Assembly: GCA_027622665.1 (NCBI GenBank)
Contig: JAQBYT010000002.1
Coordinates: 288,001 to 352,000, forward strand
DNA from: Verrucomicrobiota bacterium
GTDB taxonomy: Bacteria > Verrucomicrobiota > Verrucomicrobiia > Opitutales > Seribacteraceae
Reading direction: 5' to 3'
DNA: 64,000 nucleotides
This document shows, in pieces, positions 31,640-41,815 of the stretch. The notes under the pieces are model-generated. The model did not search any database, was not told the DNA's origin, and saw only the letters and a program-made list of their open reading frames with translations. The stretch's first letter is position 1. The number at the start of each line of letters is the position of its first letter. The position numbers and the translations under genes are program-made.

Positions 31640-33046
31640 ATGAAAGCCTTCACCTACCTTTTCACCTTTCTCGTCCTTTCTCTGTCTGTCTCGGCCAAGA
31701 CCAATGTCATACTCGTCATGGCCGACGACCAAGGTTGGGGACAGACCGGATATTATAATCACCCCGTCCTCAAGACGCCTAATTTGGATGCCATGGCGTC
31801 GAACGGCCTTCGTTTCGATCGTTTCTATGCGGGCGGTCCCGTCTGCTCGCCCACCCGAGCCACCGTACTCACTGGGCGCACGCACGATCGGACAGGAGTG
31901 TTTGACCACGGTTATGCCCTTCGCGACCAAGAGAAGACCATTGCCCAAGCCATGAAGAAAGCAGGCTATGCCACCGGCCACTTCGGCAAGTGGCATCTCA
32001 ACGGGTTGCGGGGCCCCGGCGTACCTATCCTCGGCGACGACTCACACGCTCCCGGCGCCTTCGGTTTCGACACGTGGCTTTCCGTGACCAATTTCTTCGA
32101 CCTGAATCCTGTTATGAGCAGACAAGGTGTGTTCGAGGACTTCAAGGGCGACTCTTCCGAAATCATCGTGGGCGAGGCTCTCAAGTTTATTACCAAGAAA
32201 GCTAAGGCCAAGGAGCCTTTTTTCACTGTTATCTGGTACGGCACCCCGCATAGCCCGTGGATGGCCGAGGAGGTCGACCAAAAGCCCTTCACCGCACTTA
32301 CGGAAAAGGCCCGTGAACACTACGGGGAACTGGTCGCCATGGATCGCAGTATAGGCACTCTGCGTAAGGGTTTGCGTGACCTTGGTATCGAGACAGGCAC
32401 CCTCGTTTGGTTTACCAGCGACAACGGCGGCCTTCCCGGTTTCAAGCCTAGCACGACTGGAGGTTTACGTGGCTTCAAAAGCTCGATGTACGAGGGCGGT
32501 CTTCGGGTTCCGGCGATCATTGAATGGCCTTCGGGTATTCCCAAGCCTCGCATTACGAAGCATCCGGCAGGAGCCGTTGATATTTTTCCGACCATTGCGG
32601 GTATCGTAGGTTTGCCGGAGTCCTCGATGCTGCAACCGCAGGATGGTTTGAGCTTAGTACCTTTGCTTGAAAAAGAAATTGGGCCTCGCAAAAAACCTCT
32701 GATTTTCCGCAGTCGCGCCCGGATCGCAATCATCGACAACGACTGGAAGCTGCTTTCGATGCCCAAGGGGAAAACCCGCAGGCTTGAGCTTTACAATCTC
32801 GTCGAGGACACTGCCGAGTCATCTGACCTCTTTGGAGAAAAGCCGGAGGTGACCAGGTCTCTTCGTCAAAAACTGGCTCAGGCTCGCTCATCCATCGATG
32901 CCAGTGTGGCGGGAAAGGATTACCCGAGCAACAAAGTGAATCCTCAACCCCCACGCATTTTCTGGACCGAGGTGGATGCCTACAAGCCCTACTTCAAGGA
33001 CTGGAAGAATCGTCCCGAATACGAGTCCCGCCTCAAGCGATTCTAG
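31640..33046 (+). CDS. Secreted sulfatase
   Basis: NVILVMADDQG, CSPTR, GKWHL, SDNGG, YEGGLRVP; ATG at 31640. Confidence 0.93.
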   Translation: MKAFTYLFTFLVLSLSVSAKTNVILVMADDQGWGQTGYYNHPVLKTPNLDAMASNGLRFDRFYAGGPVCSPTRATVLTGRTHDRTGVFDHGYALRDQEKTIAQAMKKAGYATGHFGKWHLNGLRGPGVPILGDDSHAPGAFGFDTWLSVTNFFDLNPVMSRQGVFEDFKGDSSEIIVGEALKFITKKAKAKEPFFTVIWYGTPHSPWMAEEVDQKPFTALTEKAREHYGELVAMDRSIGTLRKGLRDLGIETGTLVWFTSDNGGLPGFKPSTTGGLRGFKSSMYEGGLRVPAIIEWPSGIPKPRITKHPAGAVDIFPTIAGIVGLPESSMLQPQDGLSLVPLLEKEIGPRKKPLIFRSRARIAIIDNDWKLLSMPKGKTRRLELYNLVEDTAESSDLFGEKPEVTRSLRQKLAQARSSIDASVAGKDYPSNKVNPQPPRIFWTEVDAYKPYFKDWKNRPEYESRLKRF

Positions 33047-33092
33047 CTAACTAATTTAAACCCTATTTCGCCTTATTTTTAGTACATCTGCA

Positions 33093-33197
33093 ATGAATCG
33101 AACCGTAGTCGCCTTATTTCTTTTAGGAGTTCCCGCAAAGGGTGCTTTCGCTCAGGATTCGCAGACGTTGAAGCCTTCTACTCTCAGATTACCCTAG
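33093..33197 (+). pseudogene. Orphan signal-peptide fragment
   Basis: MNRTVVALFLLGVPAKGAFAQDSQTLKPSTLRLP*: AFA-Q cleavage-like site followed by an early stop. Confidence 0.4.
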
Positions 33198-33264
33198 TAT
33201 ATGTTGGCACATTCGGCCTTGTCTTCTCTTGTCGGTAGAAAAAATCGGGCTAAGTTTGTCTTTT

Positions 33265-34143
33265 ATGCATGGTTTCATTAGATTCGTTTTTTCGGGTATT
33301 TCCCTGCTGTTTCTATGTCCAGTTGCTAACTCGGCTAAGGAAACCGATAAGCCGCATGCGGTATTAGTGGTCGGAACTCTCCATTACTCTCCCGAACTTA
33401 GTTTGCCTGTCTTCGCGAAGGAACTGGAACGCTTCGGTTTCCGAACTACGGTGGTAATGGGGGAGGGCAATCCCGAGAAAAAAACCGAGAATGTTCTTCC
33501 GGGGATCGATGTGCTGGCGGATGCTGATTTAGCGATTTTCTTCATGCGTTTCCTGAAGCTTCCCGACAAGGAGTGGAAGCCAATCGAGGACTACCTTAAG
33601 TCGGGAAAGCCGGTCATCGGCTTGCGCACGGCTAACCATTCTTTCAAGTATTCCAAGGATCATCCACGCTACGAGTGGAACGATGGTTTCGGTCGTCGTG
33701 CGCTCGGCACGCCCTATATTGTGCATCAGGCCGGCACTACGGACATCAAGGTGAATCTCAAGTACGCTGGGCACCCGATCATGACCAATGTGAAAAAGTC
33801 CGAATGGGTTTCTCCGGGAACCTTGTATCTGGCACGCTTGGAAAAAGGGTGCCTTCCACTCGCGTCAGTTAGTGGCAAGGGGCGCGCTCGATTGCTGAAA
33901 AAGAGTTTCGGCGAAATTCGAGTGAAGGAATTTGAGACGGCAGAAGTGGCTTGGGCTTGGAACAACGAGTGGGGCGGAAAGGTGTTCGGCACATCCCTCG
34001 GTCATCCGGGCGACTTCGCGGAAGAGTCATTCAATCGCATGCTAGTCAATGCCTGTCACTGGGCAGTCGAAAGACCTCTGCCCGGGGCGGATGCACATAT
34101 CACCACCTGGAAGATCGAGCGGGCCGACAAAAAGAAAAAATAA
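33265..34143 (+). CDS. ThuA-like domain protein
   Basis: SGKPVIGLRTANH, VAWAW, GKVFGTSLGHPGDF. Confidence 0.82.
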   Translation: MHGFIRFVFSGISLLFLCPVANSAKETDKPHAVLVVGTLHYSPELSLPVFAKELERFGFRTTVVMGEGNPEKKTENVLPGIDVLADADLAIFFMRFLKLPDKEWKPIEDYLKSGKPVIGLRTANHSFKYSKDHPRYEWNDGFGRRALGTPYIVHQAGTTDIKVNLKYAGHPIMTNVKKSEWVSPGTLYLARLEKGCLPLASVSGKGRARLLKKSFGEIRVKEFETAEVAWAWNNEWGGKVFGTSLGHPGDFAEESFNRMLVNACHWAVERPLPGADAHITTWKIERADKKKK

Positions 34144-34167
34144 AGTCCGTCGGATGCCGGCAAGGAA

Positions 34168-34791
34168 TCACTTTTCTTCAGAATAGGCCTTAATCCAGTC
34201 AACCTGCAGTTCGAATGGCCCATCCTTCTTATCGTAGATCATCAAGGTCACGCTGCGGATCTTTTCCTTCTTCAGCGGATAGCGATCCTTTGGCAGCCGC
34301 ATGCCGCGCCAACTCGCCGACATCGAGGAAAAGGGGATTTTCGCAACCTGCCAGCCCTTGGCGTCTTTGTCGGTTTCGAGGTCCATCCGGTAGGAGGCTG
34401 AGCTCCGTTCCATACGCACGCCGCACTTGAATGTGCGTCCGTCTCCCTTGAACCTTATGATGAACCCGTCCTTGTCTTCCAGTTCGAAGTCCATGGGTTT
34501 GGTCCGGATCGATGAGAAGCCCCCGCCATCGGTGTTGGTCGAGCCCGAGAAAACCAATTTATCTTTCTTGAACGAAAAGCCTCCTTTTGAGCGCCCCCCC
34601 ATAACATTGTCGTTCACCGTGATCCACCTCTCGCCTGGTTTTTTCTCCGAAAAATCGAAGAGCGTGTCGCCATCGGGGGGCTCTTTCCCCTTATTCTTTT
34701 TCTTAGCTCCTTCTGCTTCCGAAACGAAAGGCAGGGGCATCGCTCCGATCAACAAACCGCCCAAGGCGATGGTGAATAATTTTGTTTTCAT
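34168..34791 (-). CDS. CIA30-family protein
   Basis: W..VNDNVMGGRS, GGFSSIR, GDGRTF, DKKDGPFEL. Confidence 0.9.
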   Translation of the reverse strand: MKTKLFTIALGGLLIGAMPLPFVSEAEGAKKKNKGKEPPDGDTLFDFSEKKPGERWITVNDNVMGGRSKGGFSFKKDKLVFSGSTNTDGGGFSSIRTKPMDFELEDKDGFIIRFKGDGRTFKCGVRMERSSASYRMDLETDKDAKGWQVAKIPFSSMSASWRGMRLPKDRYPLKKEKIRSVTLMIYDKKDGPFELQVDWIKAYSEEK

Positions 34792-34901
34792 TGGGAGAAT
34801 CTAGCTTTCGAGATCCTTTGGTCAAGGCTACGCCGCAACTCTTTAACATAATCTGCTTTCCGACTTCCTGTTCTCCCATTATTTCATACAGTTTCCTCTC
34901 C

Positions 34902-36125
34902 ATGCCCTCTTTACGACAACTGCTCCTGTTGATTCTGACTCTCTTCTGGGTAACCTCCGCCTCCGCCGAGTCGCCGGTCCGTCCGGGTGACCGCGTAGCC
35001 ATCGTCGGCAATACCTACGCCGACCAGTTGCGCATCCACGGCTACTTGGAAACGCTTCTTCTTCAGCGTTCCGTGGACAAGCCGGTTTCGGTTCGCAACC
35101 TAGGGTGGGGCGGGGACCTCATCCACCTTCGCGATCGGCCTACCAATTTCCCTAGCGAGGCATCCACGCTCGAGTCCCACAAGACGGACGTCATCGTAAT
35201 ATGCTTCGGTATGGGCGAGTCCTTTGCCGGGAAGGCGGGGCTGAGCGATTTCCGTAGCCACGTCAAGCGCTTCATCGCCGCTCACAAAGGAAAGAAGTAC
35301 AACGGAGACTCTCCCGTACGCATCGTCCTCGTGTCACCCATTGCCCACGAGGACCACGGTGAGCTTTCACCTAACCGCAAGAAGCGCAACCAAGACCTCG
35401 CCGCCTACGTCCAGGCCATGTACGAAGTCGCGAACGCCGAGAAGATCCCCTTCGTCGATCTCTACGCCCCCACGCTCTACCTCATGGACGACAAGGCCTC
35501 CCCAAAGCTGACCGAGCAGGGCATCCACTTGAATGCCTACGGTTACTGGGCGACCGGTCGCATGGTGGCCGACAAGCTCATGCCCGGTCAGCCTGCCTGG
35601 TGGCTCACTGTGGACGCCAAGTCGCGCAAGGCAACTGCCCGCGGAGCCAAGCTCTCGGCGGTCAAGCAACAGGGCAGGGGACTCCGTTTCACCGTGCAGG
35701 AAATTTCGCCGCCCGGTCTCTCTCCACCGGTCGAGGGCGGGATCCACGACAACCTTGCCCCGACTCGCGACACCTTGGTCGTGTCCAATCTCGCCCCCGG
35801 TCAATATTTGCTCACCGTAGACGGAGAACCCGTCGCCGAGGGAAGCCACCAACAATGGGCCGAGGGCATTGCCGTCGATGCTTCGCCCGCTCACAAGTCC
35901 GCCGAGGCCTACCGCCAACAGGTCAACGACAAGAACCAGCAGTTTACCTATTCATGGAAGGCCCTCAACCAAGTGCACATTGTGGGCGAGCGCAGAAGTT
36001 CAGCCAGCGGTAAATCTCTTCCCGAGGAAGTCATCGCCTTCGGCAAATTGGCTGAGCAACGTGACCTGGCCCTTCAGGCCGGCATCGAACTGAAGACCCG
36101 CGAATGGCGCATCCAACCCCAATGA
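34902..36125 (+). CDS. SGNH/GDSL-fold protein (GNT variant), coupled to the downstream heme protein
   Basis: VGNTY, RNLGWGGD, FGMGE, GIHLNAYGY; ATGA overlap with the next gene. Confidence 0.8.
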   Translation: MPSLRQLLLLILTLFWVTSASAESPVRPGDRVAIVGNTYADQLRIHGYLETLLLQRSVDKPVSVRNLGWGGDLIHLRDRPTNFPSEASTLESHKTDVIVICFGMGESFAGKAGLSDFRSHVKRFIAAHKGKKYNGDSPVRIVLVSPIAHEDHGELSPNRKKRNQDLAAYVQAMYEVANAEKIPFVDLYAPTLYLMDDKASPKLTEQGIHLNAYGYWATGRMVADKLMPGQPAWWLTVDAKSRKATARGAKLSAVKQQGRGLRFTVQEISPPGLSPPVEGGIHDNLAPTRDTLVVSNLAPGQYLLTVDGEPVAEGSHQQWAEGIAVDASPAHKSAEAYRQQVNDKNQQFTYSWKALNQVHIVGERRSSASGKSLPEEVIAFGKLAEQRDLALQAGIELKTREWRIQPQ

Positions 36126-39100
36126 CTTTCATGAAACACAGCTTCATTCTCCTCGCTTATTTTCTGGTCGGGGTTACCGCCGCATTCGGGCAAAGCAACC
36201 CCGACGGCATCAGCAAGCGCAACCTCGCCAACGCAGACCTCGCCCTCATGGACAACCATGACCCCGAGGTGGAGAAGGCCAACTTCAAGTTGCTTCCGGG
36301 TTATGAGGTGAACCTCTTCGCCCAGGAGCCCATGCTGGCGAATCCGATACACATGACCTGGGATGCCCGTGGACGCCTTTGGGTGGCCTGTTCCTGGGCC
36401 TATCCGCAGTTGAAGCCGGGCGAGGTGGCCGACGACAAGATCATCATACTCGAAGATACCGACGGCGACGGCAAGGCCGACAAGTCCACCGTTTTCGCCG
36501 ACGGTCTTTACATGCCCACGGGTATCGAACTGGCCAACGGCGGATGCTACGTCGCTCAAACTCCGGACGTGTTCTTCCTCAAGGATACCGACGGCGACGA
36601 CGTCGCCGACGTCAAGGAGCTGCCCTTGACCGGTTTTGGCATCGAGGACTCGCACCACAGCATAAGCGCTTGGCGACGTGGTCCCGGCGGCTGGATCTAT
36701 TTTCAGGAAGGCATCTTCTTGCACTCCCAAGTGGAGACCCTCTACGGGGTCGTCCGCAACTACAATGGGGGCGTCTATCAGTACAACCCGCGCACTCGCG
36801 ATCTCCGCATCTTCGCCCGCATCGGGGTAGGCAACCCATGGGGCCACGTCTTCGACCGCTGGGGGCAATCCTTCTTCATCGATAATCCCCGCGTCAGCTA
36901 TCTTTCGCCCGCCACCGGCAACAGTGGGCAGCGCGTCCGCATGGCGAACTTGATCAGCACCGAGAAGCAGTGCGGAGGAGACCTCGCGACCGGCACCCAT
37001 TTTCCGGACGAGATTCGCGGACAGTTGCTCACTTGTCGCTTCAAGAGTCGGGCCATCATTCGCTACGAGTTCATGGAAAAGGGCTCCGGGTTCACCGCCA
37101 ACGTGCTGCCTCCGCTAATCTCCTCCAGTCACCCGAATTTTCGACCCGTCGACTGCAAGATCGGTCCCGATGGCGCCCTCTACGTTGCCGACTGGTACAA
37201 CCCCATCATTAACCACGCCAAGCACAACTTTCGCGACCCGCGCCGCGACAAGGACCATGGGCGCGTCTGGCGCATCACCGCCAAGGATCGTCCACTTGTC
37301 AAGAAACCGAAACTGGTCGACGCCACCATTGCCCAAGTGGTCGACCATCTTAAGAGCCCCGAGCAATGGACCCGCCATCAGGCCCGCAACGTATTGGCCG
37401 AGCGTGATCGAGATGCAGTGGCCAAGGAAATCGCCAACTGGGTGAACAAGCTCGATCCAAAGGATCCGGAACACGACCATCACCTCGTCGAGGCCATGTG
37501 GGCTTGTCAAAACGTCGAGCGTCCCAGCGAAGACATCTTACTGCGGGTGCTGTCGGCCAAGGACGGTCATGCCCGCTCCGCCGGGGCCCGCGTCATTCGG
37601 TACTGGCATCAGAAACTCGCCGATCCCGTCGCCCTCCTCGCCAAGGCCGCCGCCGATCCCTTCCCCCGCACCCGCATGGAAGCCATCCTCTCGGCTGGCT
37701 ACGTGCCGAAAGCCGAAGCTTTCAGTGCCGCCCTCGTCGCTCTCGACCATCCCCGCGACGTGGCCATCGACATTGCCCTCCCGCAAACCGTTAATGCCCT
37801 TGAGAGCTTGTGGCGTCCGCTCCTCGAGGCAAACAAGCTGAAGTTCGACAAGGATTCCCACCGCGACTTCGCCGAACGCGAGGCCGGCATCGGCTTCGAA
37901 AAACGTCTCGGCGAGTATTTAAAGAAGAAATCCCCCGGACTAGATGAGACTCGCTCCATCATCGACCGACTCGTTTCCGACGCGAACCTCAAGCAGGCTC
38001 GCATGGTGGTCGACGCCGTGTCCCGCAAAAAGCCCGATGCCGACCCTCGCGTTATGGTCGTCATGCTGGAAGGTCTCGCGAAGATCGGACGCAAGGGTGA
38101 TTTCTCCCTTGGTCAAAGGATTCATTCACTGAAGAAACTCCTGAACCATCCTGATGACGGGGTTGCCGCTGCCACCGCAACCAACCTCGGTGCTTGGCAA
38201 CTCAAGGGAGCCGATCCTGACCTCCTGAAGATTTTGGGTGACTCCACCCGCGCCGACTCCGTACGTCGGGCCGCTTCCGTCTCCTTGGGCCAACTGCTCG
38301 GCTCCAATGCCGCCGAAACACTTCGCAAACTCGCTTTCGAGGGCAATTCCGCCGACCGCTACTTCGCCGTATTCGGACTCGCCGAAAGTGATATGCTTCT
38401 TGCTGCCAAGGCCACTGCCGAACTCCTTGTTCTTGATCCAGGTCAATCCGACCCGGTTGCCCTCGTCCAAGTTTTCACTCGCCGCAACAAAGGAGCCGAC
38501 TTCCTGATCGAGGCCCTCGATCGAAAGAAGCCACACCTCAAGGCCATTGATCGCCTTTCCGACTACCATCGACGCACCGGTCAATTGCCCCGTGCCCTAG
38601 CCCAAATCTTCCAAGCACCCGTCCCGCGATCCCTATCCGCTCTTCTCATCAAGGAGAATCGAAAAGAACTCACTGCCGCGGTGGACAAGGACGGGGATTC
38701 CGTACGTGGCGAAAATATCTTTCGGCGCAAGGAACTCGCCTGCTTCAGTTGCCACGCCATCGGCCCCATCGGATCCCACATCGGTCCCAACTTGGTGGCG
38801 GTGGGTGCGGCCGCCCAGACGGACTATATGGTCGAGGCCATACTGGAGCCGAACAAAGCGATAGCTCAGCACTACGAAAACAAACTGATCCAGCTTGCCG
38901 ACGGCAGGATCCACATGGGATCCATTACCTATAAAAGCGATAAGGAAGTCGTCATTCGTGATTCCGCCCAAGGCGGCAAGGAAGTAAAGCTTCCCATGAG
39001 CGAAGTCCGTAAAATGAGACCCATGCCTTCCCTGATGCCGGCCGGCCTTGCCGACCAGTTGAAGACTCGCGGTGAATTTCTCGACCTCACTAAGTTCATT

Positions 39101-39526
39101 TCCCTCCTCGGCCGCCCCGGTCCCTATGCCAACGACGAAAGCCCCGTCATCCGAAAATGGAAGGTAGCCCCCGGCAGCGACAAGCCACCCGCTTCCGACA
39201 CCCTATGGTCAACCGCCTACAGCATGGTCGATGGTGTTTTGCCTCACGAAGACCTCGGTCCCGGCGAAATCATCTACGCCCAAGGCGCCGTCGACGTCCG
39301 GGTGGCCGGCCCCGTGAAGCTACAATTGAACAGCCCCAAGGGACTGAAGCTATGGATAGACGACCGCCCCTTCAACGATCTCGCCGCAGTCATCGACTTA
39401 ACCGCTGGTCGACATACCCTAACCTTCGCCATCCAACGCAACAAACGTTCGGCATCGGGCCTTCGAGCCGAACTTTCCACCCCACCCGGCTCTCCCGCCA
39501 AGTACCAACTCGAAGGCGGGCTGTGA
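36122..39526 (+). CDS. PVC-type heme-binding CxxCH protein
   Basis: NPIHMTWDARGRLWV, DTDGDGKAD, FRPVD..GPDGALYVADW, HEAT repeats, CFSCH, SLMP. Confidence 0.9.
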   Translation: MTFMKHSFILLAYFLVGVTAAFGQSNPDGISKRNLANADLALMDNHDPEVEKANFKLLPGYEVNLFAQEPMLANPIHMTWDARGRLWVACSWAYPQLKPGEVADDKIIILEDTDGDGKADKSTVFADGLYMPTGIELANGGCYVAQTPDVFFLKDTDGDDVADVKELPLTGFGIEDSHHSISAWRRGPGGWIYFQEGIFLHSQVETLYGVVRNYNGGVYQYNPRTRDLRIFARIGVGNPWGHVFDRWGQSFFIDNPRVSYLSPATGNSGQRVRMANLISTEKQCGGDLATGTHFPDEIRGQLLTCRFKSRAIIRYEFMEKGSGFTANVLPPLISSSHPNFRPVDCKIGPDGALYVADWYNPIINHAKHNFRDPRRDKDHGRVWRITAKDRPLVKKPKLVDATIAQVVDHLKSPEQWTRHQARNVLAERDRDAVAKEIANWVNKLDPKDPEHDHHLVEAMWACQNVERPSEDILLRVLSAKDGHARSAGARVIRYWHQKLADPVALLAKAAADPFPRTRMEAILSAGYVPKAEAFSAALVALDHPRDVAIDIALPQTVNALESLWRPLLEANKLKFDKDSHRDFAEREAGIGFEKRLGEYLKKKSPGLDETRSIIDRLVSDANLKQARMVVDAVSRKKPDADPRVMVVMLEGLAKIGRKGDFSLGQRIHSLKKLLNHPDDGVAAATATNLGAWQLKGADPDLLKILGDSTRADSVRRAASVSLGQLLGSNAAETLRKLAFEGNSADRYFAVFGLAESDMLLAAKATAELLVLDPGQSDPVALVQVFTRRNKGADFLIEALDRKKPHLKAIDRLSDYHRRTGQLPRALAQIFQAPVPRSLSALLIKENRKELTAAVDKDGDSVRGENIFRRKELACFSCHAIGPIGSHIGPNLVAVGAAAQTDYMVEAILEPNKAIAQHYENKLIQLADGRIHMGSITYKSDKEVVIRDSAQGGKEVKLPMSEVRKMRPMPSLMPAGLADQLKTRGEFLDLTKFISLLGRPGPYANDESPVIRKWKVAPGSDKPPASDTLWSTAYSMVDGVLPHEDLGPGEIIYAQGAVDVRVAGPVKLQLNSPKGLKLWIDDRPFNDLAAVIDLTAGRHTLTFAIQRNKRSASGLRAELSTPPGSPAKYQLEGGL

Positions 39527-39633
39527 GGGCAGGGGAAGATAGCTTTCTCTAGAACTGGTGTGGTGGTCGCACCTCGGGCGGTAATCGTCGCGAACACTTG
39601 CCTTTCTGCCGGGTTGTCTTTTCAAGTGCTGTA

Positions 39634-40338
39634 ATGAAGTCGATCGTCGTGCATTCAGGTGGAATGGACTCCACCGTCCTGCTGTACAAGCTGGCGGCCG
39701 ATGGGGATGAATTGAAGACTCTCTCGATCAACTACGGTCAGCGCCATGCCAAGGAAATCGATTATGCCCGTACCCTTTCCGAAGGACTAGGGGTGGAGCA
39801 TCGGGTGGCCGACTTGCGGTCACTCACCGAACTTCTGGGCGGGAGCGCTCTCACATCTTCCGAGATCGAAGTCCCCGAGGGCCATTACGCGGAGGACAAC
39901 ATGAAGGCCACCGTGGTTCCCAACCGCAACATGATCCTTCTTTCCGTTGCCGCCGGCTGGGCAATATCGTCGGAGTTCGATCGGGTGGCCTATGCCGCCC
40001 ATTCCGGGGATCACGCTATTTATCCCGATTGCCGGACAGAGTTTGCCGACGCCCTCGATTCCGCCATTCGCCTCGCCGATTGGCGAGAGGTCTCCCTTTA
40101 TCGTCCCTTCGTCGATCTCACCAAGTCCGACGTCGTATCTCTCGGGGCGAAGCTGAACGTTCCCTTCGAAAACACTTGGTCCTGCTACAAGGGGCTCGAG
40201 CTTCATTGCGGTCTTTGCGGTACCTGCGTCGAGAGAAGAGAGGCCTTTCACCTAGCAGAGGTTAGTGATCTCACCGCTTACGCTCCTGAGGCTCCTTCCG
40301 TTGAGGAAATGGTGGCCGCAGACTGGAAACTCACATAG
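39634..40338 (+). CDS. queC: 7-cyano-7-deazaguanine synthase
   Basis: SGGMDS, YGQRH..E, VPNRN, YPDCR, TWSCY, CGLCGTC. Confidence 0.95.
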   Translation: MKSIVVHSGGMDSTVLLYKLAADGDELKTLSINYGQRHAKEIDYARTLSEGLGVEHRVADLRSLTELLGGSALTSSEIEVPEGHYAEDNMKATVVPNRNMILLSVAAGWAISSEFDRVAYAAHSGDHAIYPDCRTEFADALDSAIRLADWREVSLYRPFVDLTKSDVVSLGAKLNVPFENTWSCYKGLELHCGLCGTCVERREAFHLAEVSDLTAYAPEAPSVEEMVAADWKLT

Positions 40339-40407
40339 CCCCTCCGCTTGGTGATTTGGGTTTAACTTTTCTTTCCCAACCCTTAGGCTGTCATTTTTTC
40401 TCCGGCC

Positions 40408-40956
40408 ATGCTCACTTGCTCCAAGATCTACCGAGACATCCCGCTCTCCCATCGCCAACCCCGTCACCCCGGGCGTTGCTCACGCATCCACGGGCACAGT
40501 TGGACCATCACCATTACTTTTGCCGGCGACGAACTCGACGAAAACGGCTTTATCGTAGACTTCGGGGAACTTCACTACCTCTCCGACTGGATCGACGAAA
40601 ACCTCGACCATGCCACGGTACTCGCTTCCGACGATCCTCGCCTCGACGAGCTACAAGCCCTCGCCGCTTCCGGCCTCCTGAAGATCCATCTCGTCGACAG
40701 CGCCTCATGCGAGGGGATCGCACGCCATCTATTCGATGTCTTCTCCGCCATGGTTAGTGAAAACACCGAAGGACGAGTGCACATCGTTTCCGTCGAACTT
40801 CACGAGGACTCCCGCAATTCCGCCCTCTATCGCCCCGACCCCACTCAGCAGTCCTCCACGGAAACTGTTTCCGAGAAAGCCTTGGCTCGTCTGAGCAAGG
40901 GTCACGATCTCGGTGGCGAACAACCTCTCGGTCGCGACGAAGCACATGCCCGATGA
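40408..40956 (+). CDS. queD: 6-carboxy-5,6,7,8-tetrahydropterin synthase
   Basis: HR..CSRIHGHSW, VDFG, LDH, SCEGIA, ELHED. Confidence 0.9.
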   Translation: MLTCSKIYRDIPLSHRQPRHPGRCSRIHGHSWTITITFAGDELDENGFIVDFGELHYLSDWIDENLDHATVLASDDPRLDELQALAASGLLKIHLVDSASCEGIARHLFDVFSAMVSENTEGRVHIVSVELHEDSRNSALYRPDPTQQSSTETVSEKALARLSKGHDLGGEQPLGRDEAHAR

Positions 40957-40990
40957 CAGTTGTTCCGCCGAAACAACGTTTCCGAACCGG

Positions 40991-41692
40991 ATGACAACCC
41001 TTCCCGTAAACGAGCGCTTTCACACTTGGCAGGGTGAGGGCTGCCACCTCGGCAAGTCCGCCTACTTCATACGGCTTCAAGGCTGCCCCGTGAAATGCCC
41101 GTGGTGCGACTCCGCCGGTACCTGGCATCCCGATCACCTTCCCGAAGAGGTCGAGAAGGCCGAGCCCGAAGCTCTCGCCGAGGCCGCCTTCGCTTCCGGT
41201 TGCGAGATCGTCGTCCTCACCGGCGGCGAACCCGCCGTGCACGATCTCCACGAGCTCACTTACGCCCTCGGCATTCGTTCCCTCCCCGTCCATCTGGAGA
41301 CCTGCGGCGCTTTTCCCATTCGCGGCGCCTTCGACTGGATCACTCTTTCCCCCAAGTGGGACGCTCTTCCTCTCGACGAAAACCTAGCTGAGGCTCACGA
41401 GCTGAAGATCATCGTGGAGGACGAAACCTCCATCGAGAAATGGGTGGCCGAACTGGAAGGTCGCCACCAAATCGAAAACGTTTGGCTCCACCCTGAGTGG
41501 TCCCTCCTTAACGACGAATCCCGCAAGCCTCAAGGCGAAGCCGTCCTCGCGATCATCTCCGAATGGGTCAAGGAGCATGGATCCCCCTACCGTGCCGGTT
41601 ACCAATTGCACAAAGTCTACGACGTCGACCGCCTCGACCCTGCATCCCGCCCCCTCGTCCCACTCGGGGGCGACCCCGAACGGGGTATTTGA
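40991..41692 (+). CDS. queE: 7-carboxy-7-deazaguanine synthase (radical SAM)
   Basis: QGEG, IRLQGCPVKCPWCDS (CX3CX2C), TGGEP, LET.G, TLSPK, QLHK. Confidence 0.92.
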   Translation: MTTLPVNERFHTWQGEGCHLGKSAYFIRLQGCPVKCPWCDSAGTWHPDHLPEEVEKAEPEALAEAAFASGCEIVVLTGGEPAVHDLHELTYALGIRSLPVHLETCGAFPIRGAFDWITLSPKWDALPLDENLAEAHELKIIVEDETSIEKWVAELEGRHQIENVWLHPEWSLLNDESRKPQGEAVLAIISEWVKEHGSPYRAGYQLHKVYDVDRLDPASRPLVPLGGDPERGI

Positions 41693-41815
41693 GCAGGTGT
41701 TTTATGTGTCCGACTTCGATGCTGCTCCAAGGAAATCGGAAGATTTTCAACTGCCGATCAAAATCGTTGCTTTTTCTTTAATGTTTTTCGATCATCTTTT
41801 TGTTTAGGCTGAACC

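Noticed and set aside
39527..39633. Possible preQ1 riboswitch upstream of queC
   Set aside because: No recognisable preQ1 aptamer stem or A-rich tail by eye; an Rfam search would be needed
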